Below, one piece after another: positions 27,965 through 37,299 of a stretch of 64,000 nt of DNA (the first letter of the stretch is position 1; each line of letters opens with the position of its first letter). The notes under the pieces are model-generated. The model ran no database searches, was not told the DNA's origin, and saw only the letters and a list, made by a program, of their open reading frames with translations. The stretch is from positions 28,208 to 92,207 of the forward strand of contig CAXHAT010000004.1 in NCBI GenBank assembly GCA_964014485.1, read 5' to 3'. Position numbers and translations under genes: made by a program. The stretch is from an uncultured Deferribacteres bacterium (GTDB taxonomy: Bacteria; Zhuqueibacterota; Zhuqueibacteria; Zhuqueibacterales; Geothermadaptataceae).

Positions 27965-29287
27965 CTACATAAACGGGGAGCGCATCCGCCCCTTTCCGCC
28001 TTTTCTTGTTAATTGTTTCATCATTTTCTGCATCGCAAAGAACTGTTTGAGCAACCGATTGATTTCTTGCACGGTCGTTCCGCTCCCTTTCGCGATTCTT
28101 AAACGGCGGCTGCCTTTAATAATTTCCGGTCTGCGTCGTTCTTCGAAAGTCATCGAATTGATCATTGCCTCAATTCGAACAAATGCTTTGTCGTCAACTT
28201 CCATTCCTTTCATGGCCTTACCGCCCACGCCGGGCAGCATCCCGACCAACTGTGAAATCGGCCCCATCTTCTTGATTTGCTGAAGTTGATCATAAAAATC
28301 TTCGAGGGTAAATTCAGCGCGCCGAAGCTTCTTTTCTAAAGCTTTGGCCTTCTCCTGATCAACAGCTTCTTGCGCCTTTTCAACCAAAGTGACTACGTCG
28401 CCCATCCCCAGAATTCGCGATGCAATTCTGTCCGGATGAAACAACTCAACGGCATCCAGTTTTTCACCGATTCCGATATATTTGATCGGCTTATTGGTAA
28501 CAGCCTTAATTGAAAGCGCCGCGCCGCCGCGTGCATCGCCGTCCATTTTCGTCAATACAACGCCGTCAAAATCAAGGTCTTCCTGAAATGATCTGGCCGC
28601 GTTCACAGCGTCTTGTCCAGTCATACCGTCGGCGACAAACAGAATCTCGTGGGGTTTAAGCGCGCCTTTGATTTCCGTAAGCTCGGCCATCAAAGCGTCG
28701 TCAATATGCAGACGTCCGGCGGTGTCCAGAATAACGACTTCGCATCCTGATTGTCGCGCTTGACTAAAGCCGTTTTTGCATACTTTCAGCGGTGTCAAAT
28801 TCAAATCTGAATAAGCTTCCACCCCGATTTGCTTGCCAACAGTTCGTAATTGTTCGACTGCTGCAGGACGTTGTAAATCTGCGCCAACGAGGAGAGATTT
28901 CTTCCCTTGTTTCTTAAGCAAATTGGCAAGTTTGCCGCAAAAAGTCGTTTTACCAGCGCCTTGCAAACCCACCACCATTACGACGGTTGGAGGGATATTC
29001 GCGGACTTCAGAGGCTGAACCGCGCCCCCCATCAATCGAATCAATTCTGAATGAACTATTTTGACGATCTGTTGTGCGGGAGTGATGCTTTTCAGGATTT
29101 CAGCGCCAACCGCCCGCTCTTGTGCGGCGGATACAAATTGTTTGGCGACTTTGTAATTGACGTCCGCTTCTAGCAGTACGCGCCGAATATCGCGCATAGC
29201 GTCCGCAACCTGCTTTTCAGACAGCTTGCCGTGCCCGCGCAATTTTTTAAAAACATTATCGAATTTGTTGGAAATTTCCTGAAGCAT
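27965..29287 (-). CDS. ffh: Signal recognition particle protein
   Basis: LLEADV, GLQGAGKTT, DTAGR, TKMDGDARGGAALS, M-domain SR..RIA.GSG. Confidence 0.98.
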   Translation of the reverse strand: MLQEISNKFDNVFKKLRGHGKLSEKQVADAMRDIRRVLLEADVNYKVAKQFVSAAQERAVGAEILKSITPAQQIVKIVHSELIRLMGGAVQPLKSANIPPTVVMVVGLQGAGKTTFCGKLANLLKKQGKKSLLVGADLQRPAAVEQLRTVGKQIGVEAYSDLNLTPLKVCKNGFSQARQSGCEVVILDTAGRLHIDDALMAELTEIKGALKPHEILFVADGMTGQDAVNAARSFQEDLDFDGVVLTKMDGDARGGAALSIKAVTNKPIKYIGIGEKLDAVELFHPDRIASRILGMGDVVTLVEKAQEAVDQEKAKALEKKLRRAEFTLEDFYDQLQQIKKMGPISQLVGMLPGVGGKAMKGMEVDDKAFVRIEAMINSMTFEERRRPEIIKGSRRLRIAKGSGTTVQEINRLLKQFFAMQKMMKQLTRKGGKGRMRSPFM

Positions 29288-29376
29288 TTCCTGTCGTCTA
29301 CACAAAAAGAAATCACAGAATTAACCTGTGATTTTCAACAAATGAAGCTGCGATCGTGGTCAAAATAAACTCGGCG

Positions 29377-29405
29377 AATCTAATGAATTAACAATGTAGA
29401 TGCAA
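29377..29405 (-). promoter_or_regulatory. Putative sigma70 promoter of the ffh-rpsP operon
   Basis: Minus strand TTGCAT-17nt-TAGATT about 90 nt upstream of ffh. Confidence 0.5.
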
Positions 29406-29434
29406 GTTTTTTATTTATGTAAACTCTGTAAAAA

Positions 29435-30367
29435 TCAGACACTTTGCTTAATATCCAAGATGTCCCAGGACGCATTTTCAAATATCTTCTGAACGCTGTT
29501 TTTGTCTTTTACGCCAAGCGGCGTAACGATTTTGTCGATCCAATTTAGAGGGCATTCTTCAAAATAATAATTAAATATTTCGATATTCGGCGCATCCTCG
29601 CAAATTTCGGCGGCGGCATGACTCGATTCTTCGCCGAGTTTTACGCTTTCAGGAGCAAATTTGATAATTTCAGCTAAAACGATAACCGGTATTTTCTTTT
29701 GGTACGCGAGACAGGCGAGCGATGAAGAACCGATTTTATTACAAACATGCGTTTCAGAAATTCGATCAGCGCCAATAATCACGAAATCAACGTGATTCAA
29801 GGCGAGTCCGCGAGCGTCATCCACGAGAAGAACAATGCGATTCGTAAGATCGGACAAAGCTTGCGCCATCATCTTGCCTTCCTGCATCGGACGTGATTCA
29901 GAAATCCAAATTTCCCGTTCATCGTCCTGACACGCCCATTCTCGCAAAAAGGCTTCGACAACAGAACTGCGGCTATGCGCCAGGACTTTTTTAAATGGAG
30001 CGCAAACCTGAAGCGCCTCACGCACAATTGCGTCCTGTTCTTTTCTCAACTTTCTCTCAACAGCGTGCGGAATTGCTTGAAACGCGGAGGCGATCACGGG
30101 TACGTCGAAATCATTTTTCATCATTTGATCGACGTAGTGCGCTAGATTGACCATTGGGGCCATGGAAGGTTGGGCGTTTTTTAGGGCACGGGAGAGCGGC
30201 TTTAGAATTTGGCGGGCTTGTTTTTTGGAAGCGGGTAAAATCTCGGCGACTTGCGGAAAGACTTGAAGCGTTCGTCTAAATAATTGTGATGCGCCGCGGA
30301 TGTGATCTTCAGCGATTTCCTTGATGAGTTTCCGTGTTGCTTGCGGTAGAACGGATTCATCATACAT
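29435..30367 (-). CDS. IF-2B (eIF-2B alpha/beta/delta)-family protein
   Basis: RGAS, QPSMAP..N, HSRSS.V, ESRP..EG, GADRI, NKIGS, NYYFE, IVT..G. Confidence 0.8.
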   Translation of the reverse strand: MYDESVLPQATRKLIKEIAEDHIRGASQLFRRTLQVFPQVAEILPASKKQARQILKPLSRALKNAQPSMAPMVNLAHYVDQMMKNDFDVPVIASAFQAIPHAVERKLRKEQDAIVREALQVCAPFKKVLAHSRSSVVEAFLREWACQDDEREIWISESRPMQEGKMMAQALSDLTNRIVLLVDDARGLALNHVDFVIIGADRISETHVCNKIGSSSLACLAYQKKIPVIVLAEIIKFAPESVKLGEESSHAAAEICEDAPNIEIFNYYFEECPLNWIDKIVTPLGVKDKNSVQKIFENASWDILDIKQSV

Positions 30368-30455
30368 TGTTCAATTTCCAGGTTATTGAGTCCAATCAAA
30401 TGATTTGGAGCTATTCCTAAACGTACTGATCATCCTGGAAGAATTCGAAAAACGC

Positions 30456-31907
30456 CTACATGAGAGAGCCGGCCATCTCCTTGAACAAATCAATCCAGCG
30501 GGCCGGAAACAATCCGATAAAAATGACGGCGAAAAGTGAGAGCGTGAGCGCAAGGGCTACCGCAGGCTGTTGCTTGGCCATGGCCGGCGCCTCGGAGCTT
30601 TTCGGCGCCATAAACATCTGAACCAAAAGATTGAGATAGTAATACAAACTGATCATCGAGCTAATGACGGCAAAAATGACCAGCCAGACATAACCGGCCT
30701 TGACCGCAGCGCTGAAAACGTAAAACTTTGCCATAAAACCGGCCGTCGGCGGAATGCCTGCCAGTGAAAACATAAAAACAGCCATTGCAATAGCGGCAAA
30801 CGGCCTTTGAAAAGCTAGTCCGCGGAAGTCGCTAAAAGTCACAAATTCATGTTTGGCGCTGGATATGTATGACACCACGCCAAAGGCTCCGATATTCATG
30901 AACGTATAAATCAGCAAGTAAAAAACGACTCCGGAAGAACCAAGGTGATTCCCGGCCAAAACGCCGATCAACACATAACCGGCATGAGCGATGGAACTAT
31001 AGGCCAGCATACGTTTAACATTCGATTGCTTGATGGCAATGATGTTCCCGAGCAGCATCGTCACAACCGAAATAATCCAAATCATTTCCTGCCAACCGGT
31101 TTCATTGATGATGCTCGAGCTCACAAATAACCGAAGCAGAGCCGCAAATCCCGCAGCCTTTGAGCCGGTTGCCATGAAAGCTGAGATTGGCGTCGGCGCC
31201 CCTTGATAAACGTCCGGCGTCCAGAGATGGAACGGGAACACAGAAATCTTAAAGCCAAAACCGACAAACAGCAACAACAGGCCGGTTATGAGCATCTTCG
31301 ATTCGCCGATTCCGTTCTCGGAAATATAAGCACCGATAGCGTCTAGATTTGCACTGCCAACAGCGCCGAAAACGAGGGCTATGCCATAAAGCAAGAACCC
31401 GCTGGCGAAAGCGCCAAGGAGAAAGTATTTGAAAGCAGATTCAAGCGAAAAAATATTGGTGCGCCTAAAACCCGCGAGAACGTACAGCGCAATCGAGAGC
31501 GTTTCGAGTCCCAGGAAAATCGTCAGCAGATGCGTGCCGGAGGCCATGAGCGTCATTCCGGCGGTCGCGAAAACCAAGAGCGAAAAATAATCCGAATAAA
31601 GCAGGTACGATCCTTCGACGGCATTGATTGAAAGCAGCAAAGTCAGAATCGCGCCGATGATGAACATGCAGTTGAAAGCTACTGCAAATTTGTCCATCAC
31701 AATCAGGCCGGAAAACGCGGACTGCGATTCTCCCCAGCCGAACAGAGTAAAAACAAAGGCAATTGCAAACCCAACGAGCAAAATCGCTCCCTGCGTTTCG
31801 CGATAGAGTTTGGGCGCAACGATTCCGATCGTCAGAATAATGAATCCCAAAACCGATAGAGAAAGAAAAGGCGCAATCGCCATCCAATTGATTTCGCTAG
31901 CCGGCAT
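30456..31907 (-). CDS. nuoN: NADH-quinone oxidoreductase subunit N
   Basis: LGLET.S, ESAFKYF.LG, FK...FPFHLW.PDVYQGAP, KRMLAYSSIAHAGY. Confidence 0.96.
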   Translation of the reverse strand: MPASEINWMAIAPFLSLSVLGFIILTIGIVAPKLYRETQGAILLVGFAIAFVFTLFGWGESQSAFSGLIVMDKFAVAFNCMFIIGAILTLLLSINAVEGSYLLYSDYFSLLVFATAGMTLMASGTHLLTIFLGLETLSIALYVLAGFRRTNIFSLESAFKYFLLGAFASGFLLYGIALVFGAVGSANLDAIGAYISENGIGESKMLITGLLLLFVGFGFKISVFPFHLWTPDVYQGAPTPISAFMATGSKAAGFAALLRLFVSSSIINETGWQEMIWIISVVTMLLGNIIAIKQSNVKRMLAYSSIAHAGYVLIGVLAGNHLGSSGVVFYLLIYTFMNIGAFGVVSYISSAKHEFVTFSDFRGLAFQRPFAAIAMAVFMFSLAGIPPTAGFMAKFYVFSAAVKAGYVWLVIFAVISSMISLYYYLNLLVQMFMAPKSSEAPAMAKQQPAVALALTLSLFAVIFIGLFPARWIDLFKEMAGSLM

Positions 31908-31912
31908 CTATT

Positions 31913-33457
31913 TTATCTCCTGTCGCCCAAGAATTCATCTACGGGCTGCTGGCGCATCGCCGATTGAGTTTCTTGCATTTGATTGACTAATTTCGTCACA
32001 GACGTTTCCATTTTTCCCAGAAAAGGCTGCGCGTAAACGCCGATCCAAAAAATGAACAACATGATCGGGATCAAGAGTCCAATTTCTCGCTTATTAAGGT
32101 CGGTCAGCCTTTTGTTCTCTTCTTTTTCCAGAGGCCCAAACATAACACGCTTAAACATCCAGAGCATATAAACCGCCGCGAAAATGACTCCTGAAGCGGC
32201 TATAATTGCGTACACCTGATTGGCCTTGAACGCGCCTAACAATACCAAAAATTCACCTACAAATCCGTTAAGACCGGGGAGTCCAATCGATGACAGCGTG
32301 GCGATCATAAAAAAAGTGGTGAAAATGGGAATCTGACGTGCAAGCCCGCCGAAGTCGTCGATCATCCGCGTATGACGGCGTTCGTAAATCATGCCGATAA
32401 TCAAAAAGAGAGCGCCCGTGCTCAAGCCATGGTTCACCATTTGGATCAGGCCGCCCTGCATCCCCTGATTGTTAAATGAAAATATGCCGAGCATAACAAA
32501 GCCCAAATGGCTGACGCTCGAATAGGCGACCAATTTCTTAACGTCCTTTTGCACCATCGCAACCCATGCGCCGTAAATTATGCCGATAACGGACAAGACG
32601 CAAATCAGGGGGGCAAACTGGACGCTGGCCTCGGGAAAAACCGGCAGGCAAAAGCGCAGAAAACCATAGGTGCCCATTTTTAGCAGCACGCCGGCAAGAA
32701 TCACGCTGCCCGCCGTCGGCGCCTCGACGTGAGCGTCCGGGAGCCAGGTATGCAACGGGAACATGGGTACTTTTATCGCGAACGATAATCCGAACGCCAA
32801 GAAAAGCCAGGTTTGTAAATGCGCCGGAAGGACGTTTTGCACAAAGTTTGTATAATCGAAAGAATAGACCCCGACGTCGTTTCCAATATACAGAAACATA
32901 AAAATGATGGCGACCATCATCAGCAGACTGCCAACCATCGTGTAGATGAAAAACTTGACCGCCGCATAAATCCGCCGTTTCCCGCCCCACATGCCGATGA
33001 GAAAATACATCGGGATGAGCATCGCTTCCCAGAAAATATAGAAAAGCAAAAGATCGAGAGCCGCAAAAACGCCAACCATGCCGGTCTGTAAAACAAGTAG
33101 TGAGACCAAGAAGCCCTTCAGGTTTTTCGCAACGGAGCGCCAACTGCTGAGAATGACCAGAGGCCCCATGAACGTAGTCAGCAAAACCATAAACAGGCTA
33201 ATGCCGTCAATGCCGAGATGGTAGGTCGCTTTGAAGCCCTCAGCGTCAATCCAGCCGTGCTGTTCTTCGAACTGGAAGGAAGCCAACGCGGCGTCGAAAT
33301 TAAAATAGATCGGCAAGGAGATGAGAAACGTGAGTAGCGTTACGCCAAGCGCAACCTGCTTGAGCAATTCTTCCTTTTGCTTGTTTATAAACAAGAGCGC
33401 CGCAGCGCCGACAAGCGGGAGAAAGATTATAAGTGTCAACAACGGTAAATCGGACAT
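31913..33457 (-). CDS. nuoM: NADH-quinone oxidoreductase subunit M
   Basis: GIDGIS, FYIFWE, K.P.FPLHTWLPDAHVEAPTAGS, LLKMGTYG, LVAYSSVSH. Confidence 0.97.
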   Translation of the reverse strand: MSDLPLLTLIIFLPLVGAAALLFINKQKEELLKQVALGVTLLTFLISLPIYFNFDAALASFQFEEQHGWIDAEGFKATYHLGIDGISLFMVLLTTFMGPLVILSSWRSVAKNLKGFLVSLLVLQTGMVGVFAALDLLLFYIFWEAMLIPMYFLIGMWGGKRRIYAAVKFFIYTMVGSLLMMVAIIFMFLYIGNDVGVYSFDYTNFVQNVLPAHLQTWLFLAFGLSFAIKVPMFPLHTWLPDAHVEAPTAGSVILAGVLLKMGTYGFLRFCLPVFPEASVQFAPLICVLSVIGIIYGAWVAMVQKDVKKLVAYSSVSHLGFVMLGIFSFNNQGMQGGLIQMVNHGLSTGALFLIIGMIYERRHTRMIDDFGGLARQIPIFTTFFMIATLSSIGLPGLNGFVGEFLVLLGAFKANQVYAIIAASGVIFAAVYMLWMFKRVMFGPLEKEENKRLTDLNKREIGLLIPIMLFIFWIGVYAQPFLGKMETSVTKLVNQMQETQSAMRQQPVDEFLGDRR

Positions 33458-33470
33458 GCCTTCCCTTTAA

Positions 33471-35375
33471 TTAGCCAAAAATCAGATAACCGAAGAATGC
33501 CGCCGCGCCGAGGATAATCGACAAGGCATAAAACTGTACAACGCCGGTGTGCATACGGCGCAATCCCGCAGCAAGGAAATCGGTCAATTTCGCGGCGCCA
33601 TTCACAATCCCGTCGATGATGATGACGTCAACGAACCGGTGAAAAACGAAATCTGAAACGCGAACGAATGGCCGAACAATAAAAAAATCGTAGATTTCGT
33701 CAACGTAATATTTATTTGAAAGCAGCGTATAAACCGCTTTAAGCGAATGCACAACTTTGTTCGGCAAGTCTCTGTTTTTCAAGTAAAACAATCGCGCCAG
33801 CCAAATCCCCGTCCCCGCGACGACGAGCGAAATCATGGCAAACATGACTTCCATTGAAAAAGAGCCGTGCGCGCCTTCCGGCAAGGTTTGATACTTGGTA
33901 AAAACCGGGTCAAGATAGTGTTCAAAATTGGGTGCAAAATGCGGGATATTGATGAGTCCGCCCACGACCGAAAGAACGGCCAAAATTTTGAGCGGGATCG
34001 TCATGGTTGGCGGCGATTCGTGAATGTGATGCGCGACTTTTTCATCCACGCGGCTTTCGCCGTAGAACACCCTGAAAATCATGCGGAACATGTAGAACGC
34101 CGTCAGCCCGGCCACCATCGTCCCAATCAGCCACATAATCCAGGAATGCTCGTACGTCTTCCACAAAATTTCGTCTTTCGACCAAAATCCGGCAAACGGC
34201 ACAATGCCGGCGATAGCGAACCCGCCGCACATGAACGTCCACCACGTCGTCTTGATCTTGTCCTTCAGACCGCCCATTTTGTTGATGTCGGTCTCATTTG
34301 ATAGAGCGTGCATCACGCTTCCGGCCCCAAGAAACATCAACGCTTTGAAAAAAGCGTGTGTCATCAGGTGAAAAATCGCCGTGGCGAAAGCGCCGACGCC
34401 AGCCGACAAAAACATGAACCCCAACTGACTGACCGTCGAGTAGGCCAACACTTTTTTAATATCATTGCTCGTGAGAGCAATGGTTGCGGCGATGAACGCA
34501 GTGGCCAGACCGATAACGGCGACGACTGTAAGCGCAACCGGCGATAAAACATAAAATGCAGACGCACGGCAAACCATGTACACGCCGGCGGTAACCATCG
34601 TCGCGGCGTGAATGAGTGCGGAAACAGGCGTTGGTCCTGCCATCGCATCCGGAAGCCAGGTGTAGAGCGGAATTTGTGCGGATTTTCCAGTAGCGCCAAC
34701 AAAGAGCAGAAGACAAATAGCGGTGATCGCCCAATCAGGCTTTTCAACCGTGTCTATGCTTGAAAAAACTGTGTCGAAATTGAGTGAGCCGAAATAGTAG
34801 AAAATGAAAAACATGCCAATGAGAAAACCGAAATCGCCGATGCGATTTACGACGAACGCTTTCATTCCTGCGGCGGCATATTCATCTTTCTGATACCAGA
34901 ATCCGATGAGCAAGTAGGAACAAAGGCCGACTCCCTCCCACCCCAAAAAGAGAATCAAGAAGTTGTCGCCAAGCACCAAAAGAAGCATGGCGCAGGCAAA
35001 CAAATTTAAGAAAGCGAAGTAGCGAAAGAACCCGCGATCCCCGTGCATGTAGCCGATTGAGTAGAGGTGGATAAGCGTCCCGACGCCGGTTACGACCAAT
35101 ACCATCACCGATGAAAGCGCGTCGAACTGGAAGGAAACGTCAACTGAAAAATCGCCCGTCGCCATCCAGGTGTAAGCCGTATTGATCAGAACTCGGCTCT
35201 CCGGCGGCAAAGACAGCAATTCAAAAAAACTAAACAGCGCGACGATAAAGGAAAGAAAAATGGCGCCCGTGCCAATCCCGCCTACGACGTTTTCAGAAAA
35301 TTTTCGACCAAAGAGTCCGTTGACGACAAATCCCAGGAGCGGGAAAAACGGAATCAGCCACAAAAAATCGCTCAT
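33471..35375 (-). CDS. nuoL: NADH-quinone oxidoreductase subunit L
   Basis: GWEGVGLCSYLLIGFW, KSAQ.PL.TWLPDAMAGPTPVSALIHAATMV, HAFFKA. Confidence 0.97.
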   Translation of the reverse strand: MSDFLWLIPFFPLLGFVVNGLFGRKFSENVVGGIGTGAIFLSFIVALFSFFELLSLPPESRVLINTAYTWMATGDFSVDVSFQFDALSSVMVLVVTGVGTLIHLYSIGYMHGDRGFFRYFAFLNLFACAMLLLVLGDNFLILFLGWEGVGLCSYLLIGFWYQKDEYAAAGMKAFVVNRIGDFGFLIGMFFIFYYFGSLNFDTVFSSIDTVEKPDWAITAICLLLFVGATGKSAQIPLYTWLPDAMAGPTPVSALIHAATMVTAGVYMVCRASAFYVLSPVALTVVAVIGLATAFIAATIALTSNDIKKVLAYSTVSQLGFMFLSAGVGAFATAIFHLMTHAFFKALMFLGAGSVMHALSNETDINKMGGLKDKIKTTWWTFMCGGFAIAGIVPFAGFWSKDEILWKTYEHSWIMWLIGTMVAGLTAFYMFRMIFRVFYGESRVDEKVAHHIHESPPTMTIPLKILAVLSVVGGLINIPHFAPNFEHYLDPVFTKYQTLPEGAHGSFSMEVMFAMISLVVAGTGIWLARLFYLKNRDLPNKVVHSLKAVYTLLSNKYYVDEIYDFFIVRPFVRVSDFVFHRFVDVIIIDGIVNGAAKLTDFLAAGLRRMHTGVVQFYALSIILGAAAFFGYLIFG

Positions 35376-35619
35376 ATTATTTTCTCAAGGGGAGATGCGA
35401 TGAAATTGGAATCGACCGCCTTACGACGAATCCGGGGTGAATCGTGACTTGCGGAAAAAACGTTTATATTTTGCATGATAATATTCTCAGAAATTTATGA
35501 CTATCCTTGCCATTCAGGAACAATTTATTCAACAGACTTTTCGGGGTCAGGCCCAATAGACTCTTCCTGAATGACAGAGTAAGGACAAAATTGTACTATA
35601 TTCTTAAAGCTATTTACTA

Positions 35620-35769
35620 CCTGATGTTACGCGATAGCCGAGACGCCATAGAAACTCCCGTTAAAGTCATTCCCGCACAGCCCCTGGATTCCCGCCTGCG
35701 CGGGAATGATGCAAAAGTGACGTTTCTCAGGTGCTATTTGGAAAATTCCCGAAAGTGCGTAACATGAGT
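35620..35769. mobile_element. MITE family B, copy 1 (150 bp) between nuoK and nuoL
   Basis: Ends CCTGATGTTACGC / GCGTAACATGAGT; flanks TACTA/TACCA (degenerate 5-bp TSD); collinear with 50755..50930; inner partial GTCATTCCCGC hairpin. Confidence 0.75.
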
Positions 35770-36089
35770 TACCACTTCATCAGGCTGATTTCATCAACCA
35801 TGACTGTTTCTTTCTGCCGATAAATAGCCACAATCAGCGCTAAACCGACCGCAACCTCCGCGGCGGCTACGATCATCACAAAAAACACAAATACCTGGCC
35901 TTCAAGATTTTGCAGCCCGTTGTTTAAGCTCGGCACGTAATTGGAAAGCGCGACAAAGCTCAGGTTGACCGCATTAAGCATCAGCTCGATGCACAAAAAA
36001 ATGATAATCGCATTTCTGCGGGTCAAAACGCCGAGCACGCCGATGGTAAAAAGAATTGCGCTGACGATGAGATAATAATCTACTGGCAT
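35769..36089 (-). CDS. nuoK: NADH-quinone oxidoreductase subunit K
   Basis: [33 protein letters not shown]. Confidence 0.97.
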   Translation of the reverse strand: MPVDYYLIVSAILFTIGVLGVLTRRNAIIIFLCIELMLNAVNLSFVALSNYVPSLNNGLQNLEGQVFVFFVMIVAAAEVAVGLALIVAIYRQKETVMVDEISLMKW

Positions 36090-36116
36090 TATTTCGTTTT
36101 CTTGAACCTATAAATT

Positions 36117-36647
36117 TTAAGCGTTCTGCTCGCCGGGAATGCGTCTCGCCAAAATCACGGCTCCGATAATAGCAGCGAGCAACAGAACGGATGCGATTTC
36201 AAAGGCAAGGATGTAGTCGCTGAACAAAACTTTTCCAATCGTGCCGGTATCGCCGATCTGCTGGGCAGCGTCGCTTTTCAATGAAATTTCTGAGCTGGAA
36301 TCCTTGAAAGTCATCGTAAAAAGCAAAACCGTTTCGACAAGAAATACCGCGGCCGCAATAACGCCGACAATCCTGGAAAATTTTCTCAAGCTTAAGCGGT
36401 CGCCTTCTTCGCGGACGTCCAAAAGCATAATGACAAAAAGAAAAAGCACCATGATCGCTCCGGCGTACACAATCATATGCACCGCCGCGATAAATGGCGC
36501 ATTCAGCAAAACGTAAAACCCGGCCACCGAAAAAAGCGTCAAAATCAAAAGCAGAACGCTGTAGACGGGGTTTTTGTGCAAGACCATGCCAATCGCTGAC
36601 GCGATAGCCAATAAAGATAGAGATAAAAACAATATGGTTTCGAGCAC
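36117..36647 (-). CDS. nuoJ: NADH-quinone oxidoreductase subunit J
   Basis: NPVYS.L.L, VYAGAIMVLFLFVIMLL, FE..S.LLL.A.IGA; GTG start. Confidence 0.95.
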   Translation of the reverse strand: MLETILFLSLSLLAIASAIGMVLHKNPVYSVLLLILTLFSVAGFYVLLNAPFIAAVHMIVYAGAIMVLFLFVIMLLDVREEGDRLSLRKFSRIVGVIAAAVFLVETVLLFTMTFKDSSSEISLKSDAAQQIGDTGTIGKVLFSDYILAFEIASVLLLAAIIGAVILARRIPGEQNA

Positions 36648-36703
36648 GAGAGACTCCTGGCGGCAATGTAGCCGAATTTTACAAAAATGGGTGCGATTAA
36701 ATT

Positions 36704-36732
36704 ATTCTAACAAAGCCCTTTTGTCGTTTCAA
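36704..36732 (-). promoter_or_regulatory. Putative sigma70 promoter of nuoJKLMN
   Basis: Minus strand TTGAAA-17nt-TAGAAT about 57 nt upstream of nuoJ. Confidence 0.6.
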
Positions 36733-37299
36733 AAGAATCGATGCGGGCTTAAATATCTGTCATCCCGAAGCACTGGCGTTGATCGACCAAATCGACGTCT
36801 CCGACACGACAATTCAAATTTCTTATTTTTGTTGAAGCTCAATATGAGAAGGATTGCGTGAGGAAGGAAAATTATCCAACAGCACTCACACCAAATCATC
36901 CCGGCTCAACCGTCAACTTACCAAAATCGTCAATATTTGCGTGCGTTCGGTCACGCTTCGTCAGTTATCCAAATCAGGGCTCAACTTTCGAAACTCGTTG
37001 TTTCCCAGAATCGAGGTCGTTCTAAAAAACTTTGCTGAGTCTGGCCGTTTGATTTTTGCGCTATCTTAAATAAATATTGATACTTAGGAAGGAAAGTACC
37101 ATGTGGCGAAAATCGACCAACCAATTTAAGAGTTCGCCGCAAAAAGTCAAGCGGAATCTCTGCGGCTTTGGTACGTTGAAAATTGCATCTCCTGTCCAAA
37201 ATCCCAATATAGGCGCGCCGCAAAACGGCAGTAAAATAAAATGTAAATACAGTATCGCAAGTTTTTTCACACTGGCTGGATTCGGGTGCGGAGGGCGAA

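Noticed and set aside
27285..29434. SRP RNA (ffs) near ffh
   Set aside because: No conserved domain IV motif with a GGAA tetraloop seen in the intergenic stretches.
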